Notes: a model not told the origin generated them from the letters alone. Shown: positions 36,684 through 47,027, counted from the first letter of the stretch. The stretch is 64,000 bases of DNA from Candidatus Eiseniibacteriota bacterium (GCA_963707915.1 OY970178.1:3321599-3385598), one strand, 5' to 3'. Numbers and translations are program-made.

Positions 36684-38123
36684 ATGAGCACCGTGATGCT
36701 CGTCGACCTGCCTTACGCGCGCGGCGAGTACAACGAGCCGCTGGCGGTTGAGTTTTTGGCTGCGCAGTTAGTCGAGCGCACGGGGGCAACTACCGCAATC
36801 CTCGCCTTAGATCGGGGCTTCTCGGCCTCCGTCCTGACCGAGGCCATTCTGACTCTGAGGCCGGATCTTGTCGCGCTGTCCACGAAGCTCGATAGTATCA
36901 CGCTGCTCCCCGAAGTTGGCGACGCGGTGCGGCGCAGCGGAATCAGATGCAGTGTGGTCATCGGTGGCATCGCTGCGACAATTGCACCAACCGAAACATT
37001 GGCGGCGCTAGGAATGCCTGAGGCAATCTGTGTTGTTGGAGAAGGCGAGGATGTCCTGTGTCAGGTCGTCCTCGGACTCGGTGCGGAAGGCCCAACGGAT
37101 GGCGGGGAGAGTACCCCCTTGGGGCCCAACAGAGTCATCGGATCACCGCCCTCTTCCAGGTACCCACTCAGCATGCCCGCCGACCGGAGTTTGCTTGGCC
37201 GTACCATCGCCTCGCGCGGCATCGCGCGTTGCGAAGCAAGCAGAGGTTGTCCGTGGGGCAAGTGCACTTTTTGCGTCATCGGGCGGAAGTACGGTGCGAC
37301 CACTTGGCGACCCCGTCCCCCAATCAGAGTAGTAGAAGAACTTGACCGAATTGCCGCGATGGGGGTGGAGATGGTGTACTTCACCGACGAGGACTTCATC
37401 GGCGGTGATGCCGAACGCGCGCTGTGGATTGCTGAACATGTACTAGAGCGCAAGGCCGAGGGACGCATCCCCGAGACCTTCCGACTTTGGTGTTCGACTA
37501 GCGTGCTGAACATCCTCGGTCGCTATGACGACCCTGCACGCGTTCGCGCGGCACTCGTCAGGCTCAAGACCGCCGGACTCGCGGGTGTGTTCCTCGGCGT
37601 CGAATCGGGTAGCCCCACCCAACTCAAGCGCTATGCAAAGGGTGCAACCGTCGCCCAGAACGAAATGGCCCTCTGCATACTTGAGGAGATGGGGTTGGAA
37701 GCGGACGTCGGCTTCATCATGTTCGACCCCTTTGTTACCATCGAGGAGCTTGCGGAGAACACGGCCTTTATTCGCCGAACCAGTCTCAAGGATGGGTTCT
37801 CTCGCTTGGGGAAGCCGGTTCGGCTCACGCCGTATACGAGCCTTACGTCCCGTGCGATACGGCATGGGCTTTGTCGAAGTCAACTCTCCATTGATACGCT
37901 ATCGTACCCGTACCACTTCGCTGACGCACGCACCGCGGCGGTCTTCGAAGAGTTCTCGACTTGGGAGCAACGCACGGCACCTCGGGCCTATGACCTCCAA
38001 TCGGTTCTTCGCGCAAACGGCTACACCACCGAGGGCGCATATAAAGCCAGGAGCGACCTCGTGGCAATGCGTAGGGAGCAGCTCGACAAACTCGCTGAGC
38101 TTATCGAGCTGGCCAAGCGCTAG
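36684..38123 (+). CDS. B12-binding-domain radical SAM enzyme
   Basis: N-terminal cobalamin-binding-like fold ('DLVALS...VVIGG'). 'SRGCPWGKCTFC' cluster motif. Confidence 0.7.
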   Translation: MSTVMLVDLPYARGEYNEPLAVEFLAAQLVERTGATTAILALDRGFSASVLTEAILTLRPDLVALSTKLDSITLLPEVGDAVRRSGIRCSVVIGGIAATIAPTETLAALGMPEAICVVGEGEDVLCQVVLGLGAEGPTDGGESTPLGPNRVIGSPPSSRYPLSMPADRSLLGRTIASRGIARCEASRGCPWGKCTFCVIGRKYGATTWRPRPPIRVVEELDRIAAMGVEMVYFTDEDFIGGDAERALWIAEHVLERKAEGRIPETFRLWCSTSVLNILGRYDDPARVRAALVRLKTAGLAGVFLGVESGSPTQLKRYAKGATVAQNEMALCILEEMGLEADVGFIMFDPFVTIEELAENTAFIRRTSLKDGFSRLGKPVRLTPYTSLTSRAIRHGLCRSQLSIDTLSYPYHFADARTAAVFEEFSTWEQRTAPRAYDLQSVLRANGYTTEGAYKARSDLVAMRREQLDKLAELIELAKR

Positions 38124-38326
38124 CGATGCCACCTCGGCCGCAACAAGCCAACCCCGTAGGCCTCGGGGGCAGCAACCTCGATCACCTTGTTCGACGCATG
38201 CGGTGTGCGGTACGGTATGCAGTTGCCGTTGAGGGAAATGACTGGGGCGCGGCGACTTCGCTGCAAGACGCCAGGTTCGTCCGAGCAATCGGACCCCCAG
38301 CCTAGACTGCGGAACGCAAGCAAGAC

Positions 38327-38719
38327 TCACTCTAAGTACGTGATCTCTCCCTCTTTGTAGCCAGGGGCGAGCACGGTGAAGAAGCACAAATCCGAATCGC
38401 CTAGATTTCGGATGCTCAGCGCGTCACCAGATTTCACATAGATAAAGACTGGATGCTCTGGATCAGCAGTGAATGGGCCGCTCACTGAAGTCGCGGTCCT
38501 TACCTCGAACTGGCCACCGAAAAGGAAGAGGACTTCGTCGCCGCTATTGGGTCTATTCTGAAAGTGGTGACTTTGTTGCTCTCTCGGTCGAACCCGAGCA
38601 AAGACAGCTGTCGCATTAGGCGTATCACTCAGAATTCTACCGTGGAGGTTCTCCTCCTGAAAGAACTCCTCGGGTCGCTCGGTGACTCTGATGATTTGTG
38701 TTTCGATCATTTCGCTCAT
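38327..38719 (-). CDS. Cupin-fold protein
   Basis: 130 aa, 'HHFQNRPNSGDEVLFLFGGQFEV...IYVKSGDALSIRN'. Confidence 0.5.
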   Translation of the reverse strand: MSEMIETQIIRVTERPEEFFQEENLHGRILSDTPNATAVFARVRPREQQSHHFQNRPNSGDEVLFLFGGQFEVRTATSVSGPFTADPEHPVFIYVKSGDALSIRNLGDSDLCFFTVLAPGYKEGEITYLE

Positions 38720-38826
38720 ATAGCGCCCACCGGGTTATTGGCTAAAGTGGCCTGTACAGGAGAAGGCTAGCACAAACGCTCTCGCGCCGCCACTCGGCAA
38801 TCACGGTCAGAGGAGGATGACAGCTT

Positions 38827-39654
38827 ATGCGCCCAGCCGATATCGAACAAGTCCTCGCACTGAACCGCGCCCATTGGGAGGCAGCCAGCAAGGTCCACGC
38901 ATCATCTCCATATTATCAAGTGGATGCCGTTCGTGCTGGAGGCTGTAGCCTAAGTGAGGTCGAACTCGCCGAACTCGGCAGCGTTGCTGGCCAGAGAGGT
39001 CTCCACGTCCAATGCGGCATTGGCTTGGAGACAATCTCGCTTGTTCGGCTCGGAGCTGCGATGACGGGGGTCGACTTCGCACCGTCGGCCGTCGAGCAAG
39101 CTCAGATGCTAGCTAACGAATGCGGTGTGTCGGCTGAGTTCCGTGTGGCCGACGTACTTGATCTTAAGAACATATCACCTGAACCGTTTGACTTCATCTA
39201 CACGTCCCACGGAGTGCTTAGATGGCTACCAGCACTTGGCACGTGGGCGGCGGGACTCTATCGCCACTTACGGCCGGGAGGGCTACTGTATGTGTTCGAG
39301 ATACACCCGTTGGTGTACCGAATTCGCAAGCTCGATGCGACGAGTGTCGTGTTAGGAGGCAACTACTTTCTTGAGAGCCCCCGGGTCGTCAGACTTGCCT
39401 CTACGCATGCGGGTAATATAGCCCTTGGCGATGCCATGCGTGTGGTTCACACGGATTGGTCCATAGGTACGCTTCTGACGCACCTCCTCGACGCGGGGCT
39501 CTGCCTTCAGAGCTACCATGAGCATGGGGGATGCAGCTATAATAGGAACGGGTGGTTTCCAAGGCGGGTTGGAGGACTGTGGCACCCCGTAGCCGAGACA
39601 CTGCCAATGCCGTTGTCGTTCTCCCTGAGACTCCGCAGACCAACGGCCGTCTAG
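38827..39654 (+). CDS. Class I SAM-dependent methyltransferase
   Basis: 'LHVQCGIGLETISLVRLGAAMTGVDFAPSAVEQA' motif I / post-I. Confidence 0.7.
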   Translation: MRPADIEQVLALNRAHWEAASKVHASSPYYQVDAVRAGGCSLSEVELAELGSVAGQRGLHVQCGIGLETISLVRLGAAMTGVDFAPSAVEQAQMLANECGVSAEFRVADVLDLKNISPEPFDFIYTSHGVLRWLPALGTWAAGLYRHLRPGGLLYVFEIHPLVYRIRKLDATSVVLGGNYFLESPRVVRLASTHAGNIALGDAMRVVHTDWSIGTLLTHLLDAGLCLQSYHEHGGCSYNRNGWFPRRVGGLWHPVAETLPMPLSFSLRLRRPTAV

Positions 39655-39727
39655 GCTGCGGACGCCCGCGTGACGGAGTCTCAGATGTTGCCGGGCATGG
39701 TCGAGCGTTACATAGGAGGTGCGCTAC

Positions 39728-40459
39728 GTGACCTCAGCACGAGATGAATTGTTCGTGGTGACGGGAGGGACTCAAGGGATTGGCCTTGCCATAGCGCAGG
39801 CGGCAGCTGCCAGTGGCCGGTCCGAGAGCGTTATCGTGGTCTCAAGGCATCCGGGGGTCGAGGGAGATGGTTCCTGGGAACATGTGGCTGCGGACCTGTC
39901 GACGCGTCCCGGTATTGATGCGGCGATAGCAGGCATACGCTCCTATCAGCGCCCGGTGCGCGTCCTCGTGAACAACGCCGGGGCCATATTGGAGAACAAC
40001 GCGTTTAGCGCGCTCACCTGGGAGACGATGTTGGCGAGTATTGTCCTGCATTCGATCGCGCCCGTCCTCTTGACGCGAGGTCTCGAGAAGGAGCTCAGGG
40101 CTGCTCAGGATGCGAGCGTGATCAATATCGGGTCAATTTATGGCGGAATACCAGATCCGGAGGTGTTCGCCTATGTGTGCGGGAAGGCGAGCCTTCCTAT
40201 TGTGACGGAAATGATGGCGAGAGCACTTGCTCCAGACGTCCGCGTCAACTGCGTCCAGCCTGGGCATATTGAGACCGCCATGACACGGGCGGCCACCGCT
40301 GAATTCCGGCAACACGTGATTGCGCATACTGATGTGCAGAGGCTTGGGGAGCCATCTGAAGTCGCGGCCGTCGTGATGTTTCTAGCGTCGGCAGCGTCAG
40401 GGTTTATTAACGGGACGAGTATACGCCTGGATGGCGGGTATTGGGGCGGGGTGTCGTGA
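39728..40459 (+). CDS. Short-chain dehydrogenase/reductase
   Basis: 'VTGGTQGIGLA', 'NNAG', 'YVCGKAS' (YxxxK). AGGAGG RBS 8 nt upstream of GTG 39728. Confidence 0.75.
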   Translation: MTSARDELFVVTGGTQGIGLAIAQAAAASGRSESVIVVSRHPGVEGDGSWEHVAADLSTRPGIDAAIAGIRSYQRPVRVLVNNAGAILENNAFSALTWETMLASIVLHSIAPVLLTRGLEKELRAAQDASVINIGSIYGGIPDPEVFAYVCGKASLPIVTEMMARALAPDVRVNCVQPGHIETAMTRAATAEFRQHVIAHTDVQRLGEPSEVAAVVMFLASAASGFINGTSIRLDGGYWGGVS

Positions 40460-42798
40460 GCGCCGACACGCTTGGCGCTACGCTGTCGAAGGTAGTGGAC
40501 ACCTTGCGTGTCGCGGCCACAACCGACTCCTCTGGGGGGGCGGCATGGTGGGGGCTCGCCGAGAGAGCGGCAGCTGTGATTGGCGTGACCGCAATGGGTG
40601 TGCTCGCCGGGGCATGGCTGGGTGTGAAGTGGGTGATAAGGAAGTTGGCGGAGAGGTCGGATAGGAAGGTGTTCGGCGGCGACTACTTGATACTGCGTCG
40701 GGACGCTCAGCGAGATGGGAGCTTCGATACCAAGGGGCTTACGAGTCTTCGGACCGCCATCCGGGTTCGATCTGACGAACTCTCACAGATGGTTCGGAGG
40801 AGCGTGCAGGAAGAGATGCGGCAGGAGACCAGTCGCTTGGCAGCTGGTTCCGCGTCCGTGTCATATGGGGAGATCTTGGCCGGGGCGCCTCTCTTGATGC
40901 CATGCGGAACCGTGACACTAGATGGCACGCCGCGTCTCGAGGTGGCGGGCCTCGTTAAGGAGTCAGCGGAAGCCAGGATTCCAATCGACCGATCCGCCCC
41001 AGGATATCAGCGAACGCTTCTCCTCGGAAAAGCTGGGGAAGGTAAGAGCCTATTGTGCCTTCAGGCCAAATACAAGCTTATGAACTCCCAGTCAGGGCAA
41101 GCACCATGGTGCCTAGTGATCTCTGCTCGCGACTTTGAGGGTGATCGCCCACACGACTCGGATATTGGGTCAAGAGAGTGGTGTGGGCGTCGGATAGCCG
41201 ACCGATACGTGGGGGGGGAGCCATCGCCCCTTGAGGTGCGGTTGCTAAGCGAATTGGCGGATAGCAGTGCCGTGCTGATTGTCGATGGATTGGACGAGAT
41301 CGGCCAGCTTCTCACCTATGCAGAGTTGCAGTCGCTATTGTCGTCGTGGCTGTTTGCGCGAGTGGCGATTGCCACCGCGCGGTTGTCGTTCTACTATTCC
41401 CACCTGCTTTCGGCGCGACCTCTTGACGGCATGAGACTCCTGCTTCTCGGCACTCCCACCGAGGCCTCGCGAAAGGCGTTTGTTAGAGCACTCTGTGGGC
41501 GGCAAAGGAACGCGGACCCGGGCAAGGTTTGCGCGCTGGTGTTGGACATGCTAGGCCGGCTGCCGAGTATGGCGGAGTTGACGAAGACGCCTCTGCTCCT
41601 GCTGATGGCTGCAGAGGTAGCCGCGCAGGCACCGGAAGGGCCACCGTTCCTTGACGCGATAGGTGTCTACGAGCGGTTTGTTCAGGAATTCGTGACGAAG
41701 GAAGTTGAGAGGAGCCACAAACGAATCTCCCCTACCCTAATGAACCATCTCGTGGAGGATGTCGCGTGGCTTGCCTTTAGCAGTCGGAATACTCAGGCAG
41801 GGCTGCCGCGGGTTGGTCAGGCGGGTCTCAGGGCGTGTATTGCCCAGACGTTCGGCTCAGGCGATCAAGACGCGCTCGATCACATCGCCAATGCCCTGTC
41901 CACGTCTGCATTGCTCTCTGTGCCTCCCAGCGATCGCCGTGGTGGAGGTGTTGTCTTCAACCATGAGACGTTCGCTGAATTCCTTATTGCGCGGCGCCTC
42001 TACGCGTGGCTATTGGGAGACCGCAGTACGGGATCGGACTTCTTTGAACACATCGAAACGCCTGAGATTTCGTTCTACGTCAAAGAATATCTCGCGAGAC
42101 TCCGTGCAGAGAGCGAGGCCCTTCGGGCTGGGCGCGTCCGTCTGTCGCAGCTAGTGGAAGACTTGTCGCGCGCTCGACAGAGTGCGACAGATGAGACGAA
42201 GGCGCGCTTGGCTGCGTTTGCACTTGGGCAAGCCGCGTACTATCTGGGCATGGTAGCCGGCCCAGAGGAGCGGAAGACGCTGAGGGAGTTCGCTCACGGG
42301 GAAACAGACTTCTGGGTGAGGAGGGCGGCGGCGATAGGTCTGGCCATGGGAGGCGACGCATCTGACTACCATGCTTTGATTGATGAGATGCGCGGCGGGA
42401 TTGAAGCGGGCGACTACACCTTGTCTCGAAAGAGCATAGCAATGGACCTTGGGTTCTACGGTGACCAGCCATTTGATCGCCTTGACCCGAGCCGCGATTG
42501 TGGTGGGGAGGCCTGTAGGCGGCTGGTGACTCGAGTTGCGCACCAGGCGCGATTCGCCGTGGAATTCGCGAACTGGCGGAGCGATCTCTTTGACCTCGTC
42601 TATCTAGGCAAATACCGATCTGAGTCAAAGAGAGAGTTTGAATCCGTTCTCCGAGAAGTACGCGGAAGTCTGGAAGAGTCGCTTGCTGTTATTGAGGCGA
42701 CTTCTGAGAACTCCAAGTATCCTGAGATCAGGGAAGTGCGCGAGATGCTCGCTTGCTTCGATGTAGTGCCGGGGGCAGCTGGCGGAGACTTACCTTAG
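40456..42798 (+). CDS. STAND NTPase: N-terminal TM helix + NACHT + C-terminal HEAT-like repeats (bacterial NLR-like)
   Basis: 'VIGVTAMGVLAGAWLGV' TM helix, Walker A 'GKAGEGKSLL', Walker B 'LIVDGLDEI', 'WVRRAAAIGLAMGGD' HEAT-like. GTGA overlap with the SDR stop. Confidence 0.65.
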   Translation: MSADTLGATLSKVVDTLRVAATTDSSGGAAWWGLAERAAAVIGVTAMGVLAGAWLGVKWVIRKLAERSDRKVFGGDYLILRRDAQRDGSFDTKGLTSLRTAIRVRSDELSQMVRRSVQEEMRQETSRLAAGSASVSYGEILAGAPLLMPCGTVTLDGTPRLEVAGLVKESAEARIPIDRSAPGYQRTLLLGKAGEGKSLLCLQAKYKLMNSQSGQAPWCLVISARDFEGDRPHDSDIGSREWCGRRIADRYVGGEPSPLEVRLLSELADSSAVLIVDGLDEIGQLLTYAELQSLLSSWLFARVAIATARLSFYYSHLLSARPLDGMRLLLLGTPTEASRKAFVRALCGRQRNADPGKVCALVLDMLGRLPSMAELTKTPLLLLMAAEVAAQAPEGPPFLDAIGVYERFVQEFVTKEVERSHKRISPTLMNHLVEDVAWLAFSSRNTQAGLPRVGQAGLRACIAQTFGSGDQDALDHIANALSTSALLSVPPSDRRGGGVVFNHETFAEFLIARRLYAWLLGDRSTGSDFFEHIETPEISFYVKEYLARLRAESEALRAGRVRLSQLVEDLSRARQSATDETKARLAAFALGQAAYYLGMVAGPEERKTLREFAHGETDFWVRRAAAIGLAMGGDASDYHALIDEMRGGIEAGDYTLSRKSIAMDLGFYGDQPFDRLDPSRDCGGEACRRLVTRVAHQARFAVEFANWRSDLFDLVYLGKYRSESKREFESVLREVRGSLEESLAVIEATSENSKYPEIREVREMLACFDVVPGAAGGDLP

Positions 42799-43592
42799 TC
42801 GCGGCGCGTTCTGCGTGAGAGAGCCGGAAGCCACTGATTGAACTCGTCGACTTGCTCTTGAGTGGCCCCCATATCCGCGAGCCGACTCACAAAGCTCGCG
42901 AACATGGAGAGGACGGTGTCTATGGAAGGCGGCGTGCTCAAATAGTCGGCACCAGGCAATACGATGTCCGCCTTGAGGAGGACCTTGGTGAGCTTCGTCT
43001 CGACAAGATGCGGATCAAAAGGGGCGATGTTGACGCAGTGAAGGTCAAGAGCGATCATGATAGTGCGGAATCTGCTGAGATAGGTGTGAAAGCCCGTGGC
43101 TTCGTGGCGGTGAATGCATTTCACCATATTGCGGAGGATGGGGAACGTCTCGTAGAAGATGAGGTTGATAAGGTCCCGACGCCAGGATGAGTTGGTGGCT
43201 ACAAAGTCTGGGAAGTGCTGGGCGAAGTATGCCGCACCGGCCTCGTTTAGAAAGACCATCTTGCGAGCCATTGGCAGGGGCGCAAAGGTAAAGGGACTGT
43301 TGAAGAACACTTCAGCCGACGAGCTGCTGCGTTGAAGAACGGTAATGCGGAGGCCGAACCCACGCGAGAGATACGGAGCAGGGACGACAGCATCCGGCAT
43401 GGCGATGCTAACATGTTGACAGAACGCCTTCATGACGAGGATGAGGTCGGCATCGTCTGAGAATGCAAATAGATCGAGGTCCGACAGGGGGTCAGTTTCA
43501 GCCCGAGCGGAGGAGCCGCCCACTGCGACTGCCTGCACCTGAGGAATGGTGGTTAGGCAGTGAAGAAGTGAATCGAAAAACGGTGTGTGCAT
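42795..43592 (-). CDS. Pol-beta-superfamily nucleotidyltransferase
   Basis: 'VAVGGSSARAETDPLSDLDLFAF' (GS...DxD). Its 3' end overlaps the NACHT gene stop. Confidence 0.6.
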   Translation of the reverse strand: MHTPFFDSLLHCLTTIPQVQAVAVGGSSARAETDPLSDLDLFAFSDDADLILVMKAFCQHVSIAMPDAVVPAPYLSRGFGLRITVLQRSSSSAEVFFNSPFTFAPLPMARKMVFLNEAGAAYFAQHFPDFVATNSSWRRDLINLIFYETFPILRNMVKCIHRHEATGFHTYLSRFRTIMIALDLHCVNIAPFDPHLVETKLTKVLLKADIVLPGADYLSTPPSIDTVLSMFASFVSRLADMGATQEQVDEFNQWLPALSRRTRRD

Positions 43593-43829
43593 GGTATCCG
43601 TGCCCTCAGTGGAAGAGTGCCTCAAGAGTATATGCCACGCTGGGCCTCGTGGGTGGGTAGCCTAGACGCGGGCCTGTTCAAGTAGGCCCGCAAGGAGATG
43701 TTCGCCCGAGGCCACAGCGTGATCCTCCAGCCCCCACGGGGAGGACGGTCGCCTAGGCAGGGTCAAACGCGAGATAGACACGTCGAAAGGCGTCGTCGAT
43801 GGCATCGGCGACGAGGTGCTCGAGTGTTC

Positions 43830-43862
43830 GAGACCCGGGCGAAGGCCCGCGCCCTCCGTGAC
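43830..43862 (+). repeat. 33-bp direct repeat (copy 1), relic encoding ETRAKARALRD
   Basis: GAGACCCGGGCGAAGGCCCGCGCCCTCCGTGAC matches 45653-45685 at 32 of 33 positions. Confidence 0.7.
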
Positions 43863-43882
43863 TTAGCCAAAGTCGGCCCCAT

Positions 43883-45340
43883 CTACCGAACCAACTGAGA
43901 TAGAAGGACGGCCTGTGGTTCACCTCGCTGCCAACATTCCTGCAAAGCGAGCAACTGCTCCCGACCGATGATATGGATTCTGTGCTCGCGGGCGAACCGC
44001 AGGGTTGCGCTCGGGACATGGCTCTGAGGCTTCGGATGAAAGAACGCGAGGTAAGTCCCGAGGAACCCGGGCGTGACAACTGAACTCGCAATCGACCGCG
44101 CCCGCGCCGTTAAGACCTCGAGCATCTCGGTAGTGGGGGCGATGACCTTGCACTCCGCGACGAGGATGGCGTCCTCGCTCAACTCCGCGACAATGTCGGG
44201 GGCGTGGTCGGGGCTCCTGAAACCATAGCGAACTGCGGGAATGCCGCAGAGTTGCAGGAGTGTCACCACGTAGTGCTCAAACCCATCAGCGCCCCGATGC
44301 TGCTTGGCGCCATCTAGCAGCCCGGTTAGCCACTTCCCATCGGGGTCAATGAGTGCGTAAGCTTGGCTGCTAAGCTTCGGAATCCCAACGCGGGTCTCGT
44401 CCACGGTGTCTTCGCCCACCATCAGCCTGAGCTCCCAGACACCCTCAAGCCGTTCTAGGGTCGTGTCGAGACGCCAGCAATCACCATGGTTTGTGAAGTC
44501 GCCTCGGCTAAATCCGAGCGGCCGGTCCGAGGAGTCATGGATTGCGTAGAGTTGAATCGGCAAACTGGAGTCGGTTGTACTCAGCTCGACCTGTAGCCGG
44601 GCATCCAGAAGGCCCAGGCTGGCCGACTGGATACGGCAGTAGGTCGGGATGAGGACCTCGAGGAGAGCAGGGTCATTGCCAGGCAAGGCGAATGGAGCGT
44701 CGGGATTGCCCAGGAACCTACACAACTGCCGGTAACTACCCAGCTTTCCATCAGACCATGCCAATAGCCGTCGGTCGAGGGCCGCACGTACGTCCTCGCC
44801 AGCAACCGTGATTATGTTCTCACCTGAGCCCAGTAGGCTGTGAGTCGGCCAACCGGTCGTTTCCCGGCCGGGCCGGAAGTACTCGAAGAAGCTCCAATGG
44901 TACGGCGTACCGTCGGGGCGGACGAGGCGTAGATCGGAGCCGCGGAGCGGCATCCTCCCGTCGGCGAGCCCAAGAAGAGCTTCATCAAGTTCTCGTAGCG
45001 AGAACCACCTCCGACAGGCGAAGTACTGCCCAACATCGAGGTTGGCGCTCCAGCTTGCATCCGGGGCGGCGGGAGAGAGCACGATGCGGCAGTGGAGGTT
45101 TCGAAGCTCCAAGCCATTCCGAGCGGCGAGGCAGGACACCCGGGCTCCTTCGTAGGAGCGCTTCGCCATCTCGGTCGATAGTTGGTCAAACACCGATGGA
45201 CTCACCCCAAGCACCCCCTGCTCATGTGGCGGTCTCACTTTCCACAGCACGTCAGCCGTACGCGCCTCCACCCATCTTCCTGTGCCCGCACAGAGTTCTA
45301 TGCTGACACAGGCTGGATCAACTGTCACCGATAGCCCCAC
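43883..45340 (-). CDS. Hypothetical protein with a C-terminal PD-(D/E)XK (Mrr-cat-like) nuclease domain
   Basis: 'FEHYVVTLLQLCG...APDIVAEL...AILVAECKV' D...E.K motif. The roughly 330-aa N-terminal region is unrecognised. GTG start is uncertain. Confidence 0.55.
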   Translation of the reverse strand: MGLSVTVDPACVSIELCAGTGRWVEARTADVLWKVRPPHEQGVLGVSPSVFDQLSTEMAKRSYEGARVSCLAARNGLELRNLHCRIVLSPAAPDASWSANLDVGQYFACRRWFSLRELDEALLGLADGRMPLRGSDLRLVRPDGTPYHWSFFEYFRPGRETTGWPTHSLLGSGENIITVAGEDVRAALDRRLLAWSDGKLGSYRQLCRFLGNPDAPFALPGNDPALLEVLIPTYCRIQSASLGLLDARLQVELSTTDSSLPIQLYAIHDSSDRPLGFSRGDFTNHGDCWRLDTTLERLEGVWELRLMVGEDTVDETRVGIPKLSSQAYALIDPDGKWLTGLLDGAKQHRGADGFEHYVVTLLQLCGIPAVRYGFRSPDHAPDIVAELSEDAILVAECKVIAPTTEMLEVLTARARSIASSVVTPGFLGTYLAFFHPKPQSHVPSATLRFAREHRIHIIGREQLLALQECWQRGEPQAVLLSQLVR

Positions 45341-45366
45341 CCGCCCCCTGACAAAGGAGCCTTCCC

Positions 45367-46092
45367 ATGAAGGCTCAAGAACACACCCGCACGGTCGAAG
45401 TCCACGACCGCGCGGGCAACGTCGTCGGCTCCAAGGAGGTCGTGCTCTACGCTGGCCTGCTCAACCAGGCCCACGAGGAGGGACTCTCCAAGGTCCGCAC
45501 CTCGATCCTCCAGATCCCCACGGAGGAGAACGGCCGCCTCGCCATCGTCAAGGCCGAGGTCGAGACCGCCGAAGGGCCTCTTCGAAGCGCTCGGCGATGC
45601 CTGTCCCGAGAACGTCGATGAGTTCCTCGCCCCGCACCTGATCCGCGTGGCCGAGACCCGGGCCAAGGCCCGCGCCCTCCGTGACGCCGTCAACGTCGGC
45701 GTCGTCTCCTTCGAGGAGTTGGACGGCGTCAGCCTGGACCGGGACTCAAGCCCCGGATCGGGTGCCCGACCGCCGCCGCGCTCCCCGCGCCACGCCGAGC
45801 AACGGCTCCGGCTCCCGCGCGCCCGCGCAGCAACGGCCACGAGCCGACCGCCCCGGTCGGCAACGGCACCGAGCCCATGACCGAGGCCCAGCGCCGCTAC
45901 CTGTTCCGCCTCATGGCGGGGCAGGGCTACCAGAAGGAAGCCGCCGAGGACCGCCTGAAGGACCTCTTCGAGGTCTCGGCACTCACCGAGATCACGAAGG
46001 TGGCCGCGACGAAGATGATCGACGAACTCCTGAACTCCGCCCCCGGCAACGGGGATGGCGGGAATGGAGCCGACGCGCGTCCTCTCCGTTAG
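45367..46092 (+). pseudogene. Conserved mobile-element protein (function unknown), frameshifted
   Basis: AAGGAG RBS. 'LYAGLLNQAHEEGL', then in another frame 'GDACPENVDEFLAPHLIRVAETRAKARALRDA', then 'MTEAQRRYLFRLM...LTEITKVAATKMIDEL'. Confidence 0.4.
45653..45685 (+). repeat. 33-bp direct repeat (copy 2)
   Basis: See 43830-43862. Confidence 0.7.
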
Positions 46093-46908
46093 CCAGGTCA
46101 ACGCCTACCTCGGCTGTCCCGCTCAAGTACCGCTTCCAGTACGTGGACAAGATCCCGAGACCCTGGCGGGTCGCCGCCATGGCCTTCGGCACGTCGGTCC
46201 ATGCCGCCGTCGAGTGGTTCCACCGGGAACGGCTCGCCGGCCGGCACGCCCGGAGCTGACCGAGGTCCTCCAGGTCTTCGACGCCGACTGGTACGCGCAG
46301 AACGTGGAGCCGCTCGTCTTCTCGGAACGGGAGTCCGAAGGACTCTCTCGCCGAGAAGGGCCGCGCGATGCTCCAGCTCTACGTCGAGTCCGCGAACGGG
46401 ACGAAGCCGGTCGCGGTCGAGCAGCCATTCGAGCTGGACCTCGCCGATCCCGAGACCGGCGAACTGCTCGACGTGCGGCTCCGCGGCATCATCGACCTCG
46501 TGGAGGAGGGGGAGACGCTGGTCGATCTCAAGACCGCCGGCCGGACCCTCGAGCAAGGGGGCCTCGAACGGCACCTGCAGCTCTCCACGTACGCGCTCGC
46601 GTTCCTCCTCCTCCACGGCTCGCATCCCCAAGCTCCGGCTCGACATGTTGCTCAAGACCGCGAAGCCGCGGCTCGAGCGGCACGCCACCACCCGCACCGT
46701 CGAGGATCTCGGCTGGACCGCCCGGCTCATCCACGAGGTCGCGCCCGCGATCGAGACCGAGCACTTCTTCCCCAACCCGAGCTGGCGCTGCACCGAGTGC
46801 GAGTACTTCGCCCACTGCCAACAGTGGCGAGGGACCTGGCCTCGGCCTAGCGAGCAGCTCGTGACCGTCAGTGACGGGGAAGGTGTCGGCGAGTCCGCAG
46901 GCGCGTAG
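46055..46908 (+). pseudogene. Cas4/RecB-like PD-(D/E)XK exonuclease with a C-terminal Cys cluster, at least three frameshifts
   Basis: 'LSVSQVNAYLGCP', then 'LKYRFQYVDKIP', 'IIDLVEEGETLVDLKT', 'LQLSTYA', 'CTECEYFAHCQ', spread across three frames. Confidence 0.55.
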
Positions 46909-47027
46909 GCCCTCAGGGGTCGTTGCGTGCTATCGGGGGCCACGGACGGCTTCTGAACCCGAGCGTCTGCGGCTCGTCGCACCTTCTCCTGTCTATCTCT
47001 CCAGTTCCTTCCATCCATCGGGGCTCC

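Noticed and set aside
43698-43898. 66-aa ORF as a real gene.
   Set aside because: Only its last roughly 20 codons resemble anything (ETRAKARALRD), and the rest is Arg-rich. It is better explained as a relic forming the left copy of the 33-bp direct repeat.
45367-46092. Naming the frameshifted mobile-element protein a Rad52/Erf-type single-strand annealing protein.
   Set aside because: The idea rests only on gene context (next to a Cas4-like exonuclease) and a vaguely familiar AETRAKARALRD motif. I cannot tie the motif to a specific family without a profile search.
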